Positions 1 through 11,312 of a stretch of DNA of 64,000 nt are shown here, in pieces. This DNA comes from Psilocybe cubensis (lineage: Eukaryota), in contig CM039007.1 of NCBI GenBank assembly GCA_017499595.2, forward strand, positions 2,790,001 through 2,854,000. Reading direction: 5' to 3'. Within the stretch, counting starts at the first letter, position 1; each line of letters starts with the position of its first letter. The position numbers and the translations under genes are program-made. A model generated the notes under the pieces. That model saw only the letters and a program-made list of their open reading frames with translations, ran no database searches and was not told where the DNA came from.

Positions 1-3000
1 CCACAACACCCTTGAAGTGGTTACGCGCCAGACAGAGTAATAGCGTTGATTCCGAGGGCCCGCCCTGGGTGAAAGCAGATGACGGCGTGTCACTGATAGA
101 AGGGGTGTTGATGTTTCTGTGCGACTTAGAGTCGGCTCTGAGGATGCGCTTCCTGGCAGAGCAGAGCATTGCCGGCCAGTCCTTCAAGTCATCTACAAGC
201 TACAATAATTGTTTGAAAATTAAGAATTAACATTGAGTGACTTCATGATCGCATACCTTGAACCGTGAAAATATTTCCTTAGTTCCTGTGCTGGCCTGTA
301 TTTCATTCAGGGGCACGGTCACCGGCAACAATGGTCCAAAGGCTGCTGGCCACAACGCTACGAGATCGAGTAGACGGTATGCTGCAAATAAGCTACCACT
401 AGTCCCTACCACTTTTTATGATAAAACAATAGCAAGTGTTAGCACACTCTTTTTATAACTGTTGATGGTTTTATCACAAAGCAAAATAATGAGAAGACTG
501 GTCTATTTCTCATAAGTTTACTTCGCTTTTTCAAAGCCTTTTTCATTAGATAATACCCTTCTTTCTCATTATCTTTAGGGCGCTTTTTCATTACCTTTTG
601 ATTAGATACTAGCCTGGTTATTTGATAAGATTGTTCTACATCAATATATCTTATCTTTGCTTGGTCATTTCTGATGCCATGCCATCAAATCAGGAACACT
701 GTGGGTACTTCTAGGCCATGTCTATCAATCCATCAAAGCTATTATTAAATAAACTTTTCTCTCCTCGGCCCCTTGGTCTATAAATAGTGCTCATCCTATG
801 CTACTTTTGTGCATTGCTGGCAATGGATTGGACGCTTTTGGGGGCATTTCTGGACCGTTTCCCTTGGTGTTTTTTGGTAGACCTATAGTTTTAAAGTGTC
901 CCAATCCGAATATGAAATCAGAATTGCAATATCTTTACTCATTATTGTGCAATTAAGCGTACGATGTTTTGATCAAAAAGCGCACCTTGAATAGCACCAT
1001 CCAGGGGCTGGTATGCACCCTTCTGACTATGCCATTATTTTGTATTTATATTAGACAGAGTACATGCCAAGTTTCAGCTTAATTGGGGCAGTGGAACCTA
1101 TTGAACTAGCATATGCATCCTACCTCTCCTCCTACCCCTTGTATGAATACCTTCCTGATCAGATATTTTCAAGCCCAACTGGGATAAAGTAGGCGCTTAT
1201 TATACCAATTTTTAAAGCCTAAAATATTGGTGAAACTTCAAGATTTAAGGGTACTACCCCCTACTCCCTCCAGAACTTGTGTATTTTATTATGGGATAGG
1301 ATGGGCTCTCAGACCATTAAAAGACATGTAGATCCACTACTAACAGTACATAGAGTCCAAAATTTACCCTTGAAAGCCCTCTTCAACAAGGGAACATACT
1401 GATTTAAGGGGGGGTATGAGGATAGGTATGGTAGGTTATTGATCAGGCCATATCTCTATAAATACATTGTCATAAATCATATTGTTGACGTCTACAGATA
1501 CCTATAGTTGCCCCCTAAATATCTTTCTTAGGCTGAAAAATGATCCGTCCATTAGCTGAGATGCTGCAGAGGGAATACCATTCTTCATCAAAATGCATAG
1601 TATTTTCGCATTTACCATATATAAATGATTATGATCAGGAAATATAAAAGCAGGATAGTATAGCCTCAGAATGCAGCTTTCCAGAACATCAAGGATGTTG
1701 TGCATCGGACCAGTGGTTGCTGAGATATGAAAAGAAAGGTGTTGAAGAACCCATCAGAGACCCGGATGGATATTGGCCTTTATTTATGCTTTGTTTGTGG
1801 TCACCTCTTTGGCCTTTCTCCGAGATACATTTTGACATATCTCAGCTCATACTCATCGGATTTCCATGAGTCTATATACCACAGATAGGTGTCATTTAGG
1901 GCTACACAGCCGTATAGTTTATGTATTTTATAAGTGTTATCTTTTACATCATATTTCGCTTTTCCTCCATTTTTGAACAACAATGCTTCTTCTTCTTGTA
2001 CCATCTTGTTAAGTGTTCTGGTCATTTGGCAGTATGAATATAATATGTAGAGGACCTTAGTAGCTATCTGTGAATGTAAGATATGTGCATTCTGGTGAAG
2101 TATAAGCGGTGATATGGTCATATTATGTTGTACATCCAATACCTTTTTATTAGGCTCATGACCAAGGTGTTCCCCTTCACTCTGAATGCTTCAAAGATAT
2201 GTATTGCGTCTGTGGTACTATATAGAGCAGATTTACATACCTATATGTGCTGGGAATGGCCATTCTACCCCATAATAAAATATACAAATTCTGGAGAGGA
2301 TGGGGGGTAGTACCCTTAAATCTTGGAGTTACACCAAGATTTTGGGCTCTAAAAATTGGTATAATGGGTGCCTACCCAGCCCTAGTTGGGCCTAAATTTA
2401 TCTAGTCAGAAAGGCATTTATACAAGGGGTAGGAGGAGAGGTAGGATGCATATGCTAGTTCAATAGGTTCCACTGCCCCAATTAAGCTGAAACTTGGCAT
2501 GTACTCTGTCTAATATAAATACAAAATAATGGCATAGTCAGAAGGGTGCATACCAGCCCCTGGATGGTGCTATTCAAGGTGCGCTTTTTGATCAAAACAT
2601 CGTACGCTTAATTGCACAATAATGAGTAAAGATATTGCAATTCTGATTTCATATTCGGATTGGGACACTTTAAAACTATAGGTCTACCAAAAAACACCAA
2701 GGGAAACGGTCCAGAAATGCCCCCAAAAGCGTCCAATCCATTGCCAGCAATGCACAAAAGTAGCATAGGATGAGCACTATTTATAGACCAAGGGGCCGAG
2801 GAGAGAAAAGTTTATTTAATAATAGCTTTGATGGATTGATAGACATGGCCTAGAAGTACCCACAGTGTTCCTGATTTGATGGTGGCATCAGAAATGACCA
2901 AGCAAAGATAAGATATATTGATGTAGAACAATCTTATCAAATAACCAGGCTAGTATCTAATCAAAAGGTAATGAAAAAGCGCCCTAAAGATAATGAGAAA

Positions 3001-3520
3001 GAAGGGTATTATCTAATGAAAAAGGCTTTGAAAAAGCGAAGTAAACTTATGAGAAATAGACCAGTCTTCTCATTATTTTGTTTTGTGATAAAACCATCAA
3101 CAGTTATAAAAAGAGTGTGCTAACACTTGCTATTGTTTTATCAAAAAGATGGTAGGTACCACTCAAGCTACCCGCCTGCTCCCATGTAGCCGAGGTTACG
3201 CAGGGTGTCTCTACGATGCTGTTCTGAAGGGCAGCCAAGCTTTGCCTATACTTGATGGCCGCTCGCATGCTCGATGATGAAACATCGTAATTCAAAAAGG
3301 TGAAGTCCTCATATCGTCGGAGGAAATCCACCATCCTCTACAGAAACTTGATATTAGTACCATAAATGGCAATCCAATTAAGACCTACGCGGAGTGGGTG
3401 CGACTCTGGCAACATGTTTTCCAGAGTCTGACGAACGACCTGCGTTTCGAAGGGAAACGCCAGAATTTCTTCAGCTTGGAGTCGGGCAACGGGGGAAATC
3501 TTCTGGGCTTGCACTACAAA
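1..3520 (-). pseudogene. Uncharacterised gene (partial, runs off window) interrupted by a foldback element
   Basis: Exon ...VARLQAEEILAFPFETQVVRQTLENMLPESHPLR splices (GTAGGT..TGTAG, about 3339-3388) to RMVDFLRRYEDF...EQAGSLSG. Removing 401-3163 restores an open frame into SLFAAYRLLDLVALWPAAFGP. 5' end not resolved. Confidence 0.6.
401..3156. mobile_element. Non-autonomous foldback / long-TIR element, 2.76 kb
   Basis: 405-1144 is a near-perfect reverse complement of 2420-3156, with weaker inverted similarity continuing inward (e.g. GCTGAGATATG near 1719 vs CATATCTCAGC near 1836). Flanked by direct repeat TACCACT (394-400, 3157-3163). No credible ORF. Confidence 0.9.
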
Positions 3521-3704
3521 ACTTCAACGTCTCACCCTGCATTCTATTTCTTTGGGTACTTACTTTTTTTTGTGTGTTTTTTTCTGGTGTCTCAAATTTT
3601 CAACTAGATGAATTTTAACTGAACGAAAACTATTATAGAGTGTCTAGAGTATTGTCTATGTCTATTTTATTAGAATGTATGTTAAATCTATGGGGAGGGG
3701 TACT

Positions 3705-3971
3705 ACGCTATGACGAACGGAAAGAAAAACAATCAAGTTGGAAACACGCTATTTCCGGAGCGATTCTTTAGGGTAGGTTTCCCGTCCTGAAGTCACGAGT
3801 TGGTTAAAAAAACGCCCCCTTACATCAGCCGCATCACGGTGATGCGGCTGATGTAAGGGGGCGTTTTTTTAACCAACTCGTGACTTCAGGACGGGAAACC
3901 TACCCTAAAGAATCGCTCCGGAAATAGCGTGTTTCTCACCATATGTTTTCTCTTTCCGTTCATCATAGCGT
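3705..3971. repeat. Palindrome: perfect 97-bp arms (3741-3837 / 3839-3935), 1-nt spacer, imperfect extension to 3705/3971
   Basis: Read directly: GAAACACGCTATTTCCGG...GCCGCATCAC-G-GTGATGCGGC...CCGGAAATAGCGTGTTTC. Lies between divergently oriented genes. Confidence 0.97.
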
Positions 3972-4176
3972 CTTATCATAGTAATAGGTTGTGTAGTATC
4001 TAAAAATAAATTATCACAAGTTAAGATGATAAATTAAGTGAGATGAACATCGATTAACAGTCTTTAAGACCCACAATGTCTAGTTATAAATGCAGACGAC
4101 TTGACAGCCTAGGCAACCGCACAGTGTGTACTAATCCAACCCTCCATCTAATCACTAACTTCAGGGAAATTTAATT

Positions 4177-6435
4177 ATGATCTCAAAAAATCAGGACATT
4201 AATCCCTTCATAGACATTGAAGCAGCGGTTTCCGATGATGATGAAAGTTCGGAAGAGCTTGATTATAAAGGGGGCCAACTACGTATGTTCCAATAATTTA
4301 CATATATTCTGCTCAATATGTACTGATGCTAATGGGTTCTGACATACAGTGAATGATAACGATGAATACTCTGAGGATGAGGAACGTGTTGCACACTCTC
4401 GGCTATATCATGCCATGCAAAATACAGATAACGCTGATGAATGGAGCGATTTGTTGCCCATGCTTCTGCCTTCACGCATGAAAATTCGTCCTGACAATGA
4501 TATAGAGCCATCTAGTTCACAAGAACTTATACAGAAATATGGCAATCCCCAACCAGGAGGACTTGGTGATAATAATTATATGCCTTCCGCGACTGATATC
4601 ATGTATGAAATAGGTTGCAAGGTACGCAAAAATAATATAAGTCTTCAGTCAGCATTTATTGATCACCTTACGAGTGATAGGTTGGACGCAAAGAGGCCGT
4701 CGCTTTCAAAATTATGCAGATGTCAACGAACCCTACATTTCCCATCATCCTTGCCCGGTCTGTCTTCGCTCAATCCTCAATTCCTGGGAGAATCTACGTC
4801 GAGGCGCCATCAATGCAACATGCGCATACGTTAGCCTGCCTCGTTAGAGAGCTTAATCCGACACATTTAGTTAGGCTATCCTCGGAGAGATGTATGGAGA
4901 TCCTATCTCATCCCCCACCCTCACGCCCTGAAGACCAATCGTGGGTCAAGGTTGCTGGAAAGCGTAAGGCTTGGACAACCTACGCAAATGCTACCGGCCT
5001 TGTGTTCACATTCCAGGGTCAGAAAAGTGTTGTTCTTATCCCCAGACCTCCGGACAACATCAAGAAATCGCACCTCGACAGGATATTCCAGGATGGATTT
5101 ATTATCACGGATTTCGACGCCATCGATCTCAAATATCTTTCCAATGTCCTCCCAACATCGTCCGAGTTGGAGCAATTTCGCGAGTGTCCATTTGTAACGA
5201 CGGAGACCTTAGCGCAAGCCTCGAAAGCCATCTCCATGACTCAACTGAAACGATATGATCAAGTCAAAATTATTGGTGGAGAATACTTAGGTCTTTTTGG
5301 AACGGTCAAGAGTGTTTCTGACGCTGAGGTGGAAGTGCACATCCCCTCCCAAGGTATAACACAAGCAGTTGCACTACACGATCTACGTGCAGCTTTCCAG
5401 ATAGGCGATAGTGTTGAAGTCGTTGAAGGGGATCACAAAGATCTCCATGGATGGGTGTCAGACTTTGATGGAAGATCTGTTTGTATTATCGCCCCAGAGC
5501 ACGAACGCGAAGTAGGTGAACTGTCATTCTCTTTGTCTCAGTAGTGTTCAACACATTTTTCAGGTCATTGTGCCCATCCACACAGTCATATTCTACGTCC
5601 CCCCTGCCCATGCTACTCTTCGCCCGCGAAAGCGTCATTCGTCAAAGCTTGGAGAAAGAGACCACAACGACGTCTATATAGGTTTGAGTGTCATCGTTGT
5701 CGGGAATAATACATTCAAGGGGTACTATGGCATCGTTAAAAGCACTACCCCCGACGGCTTTGCAGACGTTGAGCTGGAAGCTCGTAACCAGAGGGTGGAA
5801 CGTATTAAAATATCACATTTAATTATACAGTATGTGGTTTCACTTGATTCGTTGACTGTCAGGTGCTTACTGACATTGTTTCAAGCAACCAAGAACATAT
5901 AAATTCCGCTCAAGACCCCGGGCCTTCTGGTGGAGCAACTCCAATGCCGTCCACAGTAGCAAGTTTTCTGTCTCCTGCATGGAATCCGTATTCAGCAATA
6001 CCTGTATACTCGGCGGTGGAAATCGCAGAACTACCCTCAACCGTCGCTCACTGGCTAGATACGAAATACGATAAGCTGAAAGGATTACGATTAAAAGTCG
6101 TAGACAAATCCAAGGGCGACCATCAAGTGGCGATGGAACTTCTCAGCCTTACCGACGATACTGCCCACCTAGCATTACTGGGATGTACACTGACATTACC
6201 GAAATCAGTGTTGTTTCCAATTCATCCTGTAAAAAAGGACGACTTCGTTACACCGCTTGAGGGCGATTCAATGGGGATTATATTCAGGATACGATCAATA
6301 GACAAGGATATTTGCGTTGTATATAAATATCCCGTTACTCGTATGAAACGCGGTGATACATTCCCAACTTTTCCGACAACATCTTTGATTCAAATCTTCC
6401 CCCCGTCCCGTGGTGTCAAAGTTGTAAATATGTAG
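4177..6435 (+). CDS. Divergent Spt5-like protein (acidic N-terminus, NGN domain, several KOW motifs), about 674 aa
   Basis: Exons 4177-4282, 4350-4621, 4681-5511, 5564-5829 and 5886-6435 join in frame with GT-AG introns. Motifs: NPFIDIEAAVSDDDE (Spt5 N-term), YEIGCKVGREEAVAF...SSIPGRIYVEA (NGN), YDQVKIIGGEYLGLFGTV, IGDSVEVVEGDHKDLHGWV and IGLSVIVVGNNTFKGYYGIV (KOW), plus GGATP..SPAWNP (C-terminal-repeat-like remnant). Confidence 0.8.
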
Positions 6436-6602
6436 GGTGCAGCATTACTTGTATCTCGAACACGGACTTGTAGACATATACGGGTTTTATGTCATTCTAT
6501 TTAAGTGTATTTCGGCAATCAACAGTGCTAATGGTTCGTAATGTGTTGATCGTCTTGAACTTAAGCCACCACCACCACACCAAATTGTTGCCTATCTTTA
6601 TC

Positions 6603-6958
6603 ATGAACCATTCCAATAGCAACAACGCTTCGCAACCTCAAAGTCGCCGCCTCCCTAGCATACCCGAAGAGGCAGAGTTCTTCGTTTTAGGTCTATTTTC
6701 ATGTTTTAATCCACCTTCCTCTAGAATCAAGGCATAGAGGCCGTTAAAAAGGCTCTTGACCAATTTCAACTCACTGAACAGAGGTGTCTAGAAGTTCAGG
6801 CAGAGCTACGTTGTTATATGGACGACATTATGCGAGCATATAAATCCAATGAAGATCTTCTGTTTGAAACCCAGCTCGAAATCGCCCGTCTACGGGTATC
6901 CCTCATTAGTCGGGGAATACCTATTCTAATGCACCCTCAGGATAATCCGCGATCATGA
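6603..6958 (+). CDS. Small putative coiled-coil protein (about 105 aa), element cargo
   Basis: MNHSNSNNASQPQSRRLPSIPEEAEFFVL, short intron about 6691-6731, then GIEAVKKALDQFQLTEQRCLEVQAELR...LEIARLRVSLISRGIPILMHPQDNPRS*. Confidence 0.5.
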
Positions 6959-7229
6959 TAGGTGCAGTCTTTTCCCCTCTGAGATGTAACTTTACTTAAC
7001 TCTAAGTAGGACATGGAATCTGACTATAATGTATATGTGATATATTGTAGTAGATAGGGGTACTATTTCAGTACCTGTAATTTCTATATGGCACGATATA
7101 TTTTTGACTGATGTCCGTCGCCTTAAATTTTGAAAAGAGGCTAATTTCGCATACCTCCGGATCGTAGCTTGACATAATTCACCACCCCTTGTCTCTATTT
7201 CTGCATTACAACCGTCAAACCAGCCCAAT

Positions 7230-9971
7230 ATGCCACCTAAAGGATCCAAAAAGAAAAAGGCGGTTGTCAATGCCACGGTTGAAGGTATCATCTATATATC
7301 CTCATTACATCCGCATACTTAATGTTTTATCCATCTAGGACAAGAGGTTGAACAGGGTCCGAGCTCCGTGGCAGAAAACGAGCCACCTCAGGCTCCTGAA
7401 GCAGGTCTGTACTAGCATTTTCTTTGTTGAGATTCACTGAACTCCTTATTAAAAAGACCCCAATGGCCGTCCTATCCGAAGCACCCGTGGTCTTGGTGGA
7501 GTAAATGCTCGGCAGGAGAAAACATCTAACATCATTTTTATTGACTTTGAGAAGGCTGGGAAGAGGAAGTCAAGGGCCGCCAATGTGGATACTAGCGCCA
7601 TGCCTGAAAATGAGATGGCGCCTCCCTTGAAGAAACCTCGCAATGGGGTGAGTCTACTGTTCTAATCTTAAATTTGCTATCTTCCAAGCACGTCTAGGTT
7701 ACCGTTGTGTTGCATGTAGGTCCCCCTATTCAAATGCAACCAAGGCCAACGCCTTCAGTTGCTCCTTGGGATGTCCAACAAGTCCAACCAAGCCCACGAC
7801 AATCTCAGGGTGCCCCCCCTCCTGTCCAGATCCAACGTGCAGCTCAGAGAAATCAGGAGCACTCAGAGCTTGATCATGCTGTCCAAAGACCCACTGCCCC
7901 CATCCAGCGCCCCGCTGCTCCGGTACAACAGCCAGCACATCCTGTCCCGCGCCCCGTACAACATGCAGCACATCCTGTCCCGCGCCCTGTACAACACGCA
8001 GCAAATCCTGTTCAGCGTTACGCTGCCCCTGCGGCAGAGAATTCTGTCCAATACTACGATGCCCCCGTACAACAACCAGTGCATCCTGTAACACAACATG
8101 CCCCCGTACAACAGCCAGTGCATCCAGCAGCCTATAACGCCCACCAAGAGGCTAGCATCAGCCATCAAGACGAGGAGGAGCAACAAGATTACGAAGGCAT
8201 AGAGCAGGAGGAAGATGAGGAGGAGGAAGAGGGGGATAGTGACGGTGAAAGGCGATCTGAGGAAGCATCAGGGGACAAATGCATGCAAGGAATTGATGAA
8301 GAGAATATTGGGGATGAAGAAGCTCTCCAATATGTCGACGGTGATGAAGGTTACGACGACGCGGGTCAAGATGATGAAGAGCCTGCTGCCCAGCGTTGGT
8401 TTAACTCCACCTTTATGTCGTGTTTGCTTACCACCTATGTTTGACAGTGGTTGATGAAGTTTCCGATGATGAAGAGGAGAGGAGAGCAAGGGCATTGCTC
8501 CGCCAGCCTTCTCCCCATGTAATCATTTCTCTGCTGTATTTAATGTCTAGCTAATGTATTATTGATATAGATTGTGGAAGTAGAGGATGTTCTTCAAGAA
8601 CACCGTTGTCGTAATCGGGCGAACAAGCCACCTCGCCCTGAGGCATTGCGCAAGGCGGCTGTTTCGCAAGGAGCCGTATCCCAAGGTTTGACAAGGGAGA
8701 ACAACGAAGCATCTGACGATGATGAGGTGCTTGGTGAGGCACACATCGCTCATAAGAAGTCCAGTACTTCTTCTGCTAGGGAAGTATCCAAGCATTCAGT
8801 TGCATCCTTTACTGGTTACTGGAAAGATGTGCTCAAAATTGCACGCAAACTGATGTGCCTGTATGTAGTAGAGGAGGTCCCCTTTCCCACTCGGGAAAAT
8901 CACTTATTAGTCGCCGATGGATGTGTGAAGATGGCAGTAACCGTGTTTGAAAGAATGAACACGGATAAAGTGTTGCCTGATAGTAAGTTCTGTCTTCTGT
9001 GATTTTAGTTAATTGGTTTACATAACTTTGCAGAGAAAAAAACGCTCCTAGACAGGAATACCGCCGTAACGGTATATTTTTAGTGTGTTCTTTTAAGGAT
9101 ATCGTACTAACGTGTCTGTTCTCATTAGGCATTTGTCTACGCGTCAACCTTCCGGGGAAGACTGAAGACGATGATCAGACCCCTGGTCAAAAATGCGTAT
9201 GGCCTCGAAGTCCCGTCGGAGGTCATCGCCGCGAACCCCAATATGTTTGAAAATCAGATGGGGGAGATCGAATACATCAAGGACAGGGTAGCATATTGGC
9301 TACTCAATGGTAAATACCACCGGGGTGTTGCCAAAACCCGAGTGAGTTCGCCGTCCATTTTACCTGGCTTACCACTCATTGATTTGTTTCCAGTATCACG
9401 ATGTCCCATTTGGACATCCTTTTGTGAAGAAGATCTGTCTGGACTTCTTCTACCATCCTACAAAAGGGGTTGCAGTCCCCATCAAAGGTCTGGAGACAAA
9501 GACGGATTTCTTCAAGACATTGCTTCCCCACAAAGCATTTGCGCTTGTGGCCAGTTGTGTAGTTCTGATTTCTCTCCTGCTATTGGCACTGCCTTGCTAA
9601 CAAGCATTTTGCTGTAGATCCACAACTGTCTTGAGGAGTGGAGGGATGAGATTGACCCTGCAAGAGGTGGTCCGTGTTCGGGTATTGAATTCAAGGGAGA
9701 GGAGTACTCCCTGAGGTATGATGCCTGCATGTTGGTTGCAGCAGAGGCAGAGAAGGATACCTTGAACCAAGGTCCTTGCTTGGCTCGCTTATGTAGGGAA
9801 GTGGCTGAGGAAGGATGGTGTGTATCTTTTTTTATTCATTTCTTTCTTTGCATCATTTAGATCTCCATAATCAGTGCTATTATGAGGCCTACGAAGAACC
9901 CCCCCAACCCTTATAGGATGACTCTCCATTCTATCCCACAGGAGGAACTAGATTACGGTCCAGAAGGGTAG
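7230..9971 (+). CDS. Multi-exon protein with long P/Q-rich and acidic disordered N-terminus and C-terminal DUF6532-like domain
   Basis: Starts MPPKGSKKKK. C-terminal exons give YHDVPFGHPFVKKICLDFFY..LPHKAFALVASC..IHNCLEEW..IEFKGEEYSLRY, resembling agaricomycete DUF6532 proteins (recognised from memory). Many short GT-AG introns. Confidence 0.65.
7933..8012 (+). repeat. 33-bp coding tandem repeat (AHPVPRPVQHA), about 2.4 copies
   Basis: CAGCACATCCTGTCCCGCGCCCCGTACAACATG followed by a near-identical unit and a partial third. Confidence 0.8.
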
Positions 9972-10239
9972 TTGGGTGAATGAGCGGGGCAGCTGCCGGG
10001 TGTGGATTAGAAGATACCATATTTAGATCGTCACGTATTAATAGTTATGCATCTACTAATAGAAACATGTTTGGTCCGATCCAAACATAGATTATCTATT
10101 TTTAAAATTGCCCATTTTAGTCAAAAATGGTTCGGTTTTCAGTGTGATATTGGCACTTGCAGGAATAGCCACACAACACTATACAAATGAAAGTGGATAC
10201 TATATATGCCTTTGTACCTATTTGCAGTGTGTTATGATG

Positions 10240-10311
10240 TGCTACAAATCTGTGGTAGCATGCTACAAATCTGTGGTAGCATGCTACAAATCTGTGGTAG
10301 TATGCTACAAT
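10240..10311. repeat. 21-bp tandem repeat (TGCTACAAATCTGTGGTAGCA), about 3.4 copies, subterminal to the large element
   Basis: Read directly; each unit is partly self-complementary (TGCTAC...GTAGCA). Confidence 0.9.
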
Positions 10312-10585
10312 TTGTATGTCAGTTGTATACAGAGGGGTATGGACCATGGTAAGCATGCTACACGCCGCTACACAGCACTCGCGTTACAATACAGATCACT
10401 ACAGAGTACCATGTCACGTTGGTACCAAGCTACAGGTACATCAGTGTGTGTTACCCAAATGGGACCGTTACTATGGGCACTACAGAATTACGTATCACTA
10501 CGGATCATTACCTACTTGGCCCCGGTATTGCTGATGTGTTTGTGTCATTTACAGAAAATGTGTATGTTTTACTAACACCGGACAA

Positions 10586-10796
10586 CACTGCCGGCGACAA
10601 CTACTGTAAGTTAAACAAACAGCTATTGTTTTACATGTTTTATGTAAGTTCAGCTGTAAGTTCGACATACATTATGACTTACACTCAAATAATTTCCATA
10701 AAAGGAGATTATTTGAGTGTAAGTAGGCTGTATGTTGAAATTACAGCTGAACTTACATAAAACATGTAAAACAATGGCTGTTTGTTCAACTTACAG
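10586..10796. mobile_element. Internally deleted, inverted, truncated copy of the 456-bp CACTG element, inserted in the TIR
   Basis: Starts CACTGCCGGCGAC. 10586-10693 is the reverse complement of 11205-11312, and 10694-10796 is the reverse complement of about 10875-10978. Confidence 0.7.
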
Positions 10797-10856
10797 GCCG
10801 ACCAAACACAATATGTCTTTGCCGAGTGTTTGTTTTTCATACAGGTGTGCTGTATG

Positions 10857-11312
10857 CACTGTGGGCGATGACTGCTGTAAGCTGAACAAACAGCCATTGT
10901 TTTACATGTTTTATGTAAGTTCAGCTGTAAGTTCAACATACAGTCTACTTACACTCAAATAATCACCTTTTATGGAAACTAGCAGTGCCCCCGTGCTTTG
11001 CACGGAAAGTTGGGCTGCAATTCATCATGCTATTTCCCCAGTGTTTTTGCACGGAAAGACGGGAGGTAATTTATCACGTTATTTCCCCCGTGTTACCATG
11101 TTTTCAGGCCCGATTACAGTGTTTTTCAGCCTCAATTACAACGTTTTCAGGCATATTTCGAATTTTTGGGTGATCAAAAAAGCAATGTTGGTTTGATTAT
11201 ATTGATTATTTGAGTGTAAGTCATGATGTATGTCAAACTTACAGCTGAACATACATAAAACATGTAAAACAATGGATGTTTGTTTAACTTACAGTAGTCG
11301 TCGCCGGCAGTG
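10857..11312. mobile_element. 456-bp CACTG MITE (second family) with 3-bp TSD ATG, inserted in the TIR of the large element
   Basis: Ends CACTGTGGGCGATG / CGTCGCCGGCAGTG with about 107-bp imperfect TIRs. ATG at 10854-10856 and 11313-11315. The empty site GCTGT-ATG-TTGAAC is seen at about 22446-22459. Confidence 0.85.

Noticed and set aside
1502-2310. ORFs inside the foldback element as a transposase
   Set aside because: Short, no DDE or other motif, and they lie in degenerate palindromic AT-rich sequence.
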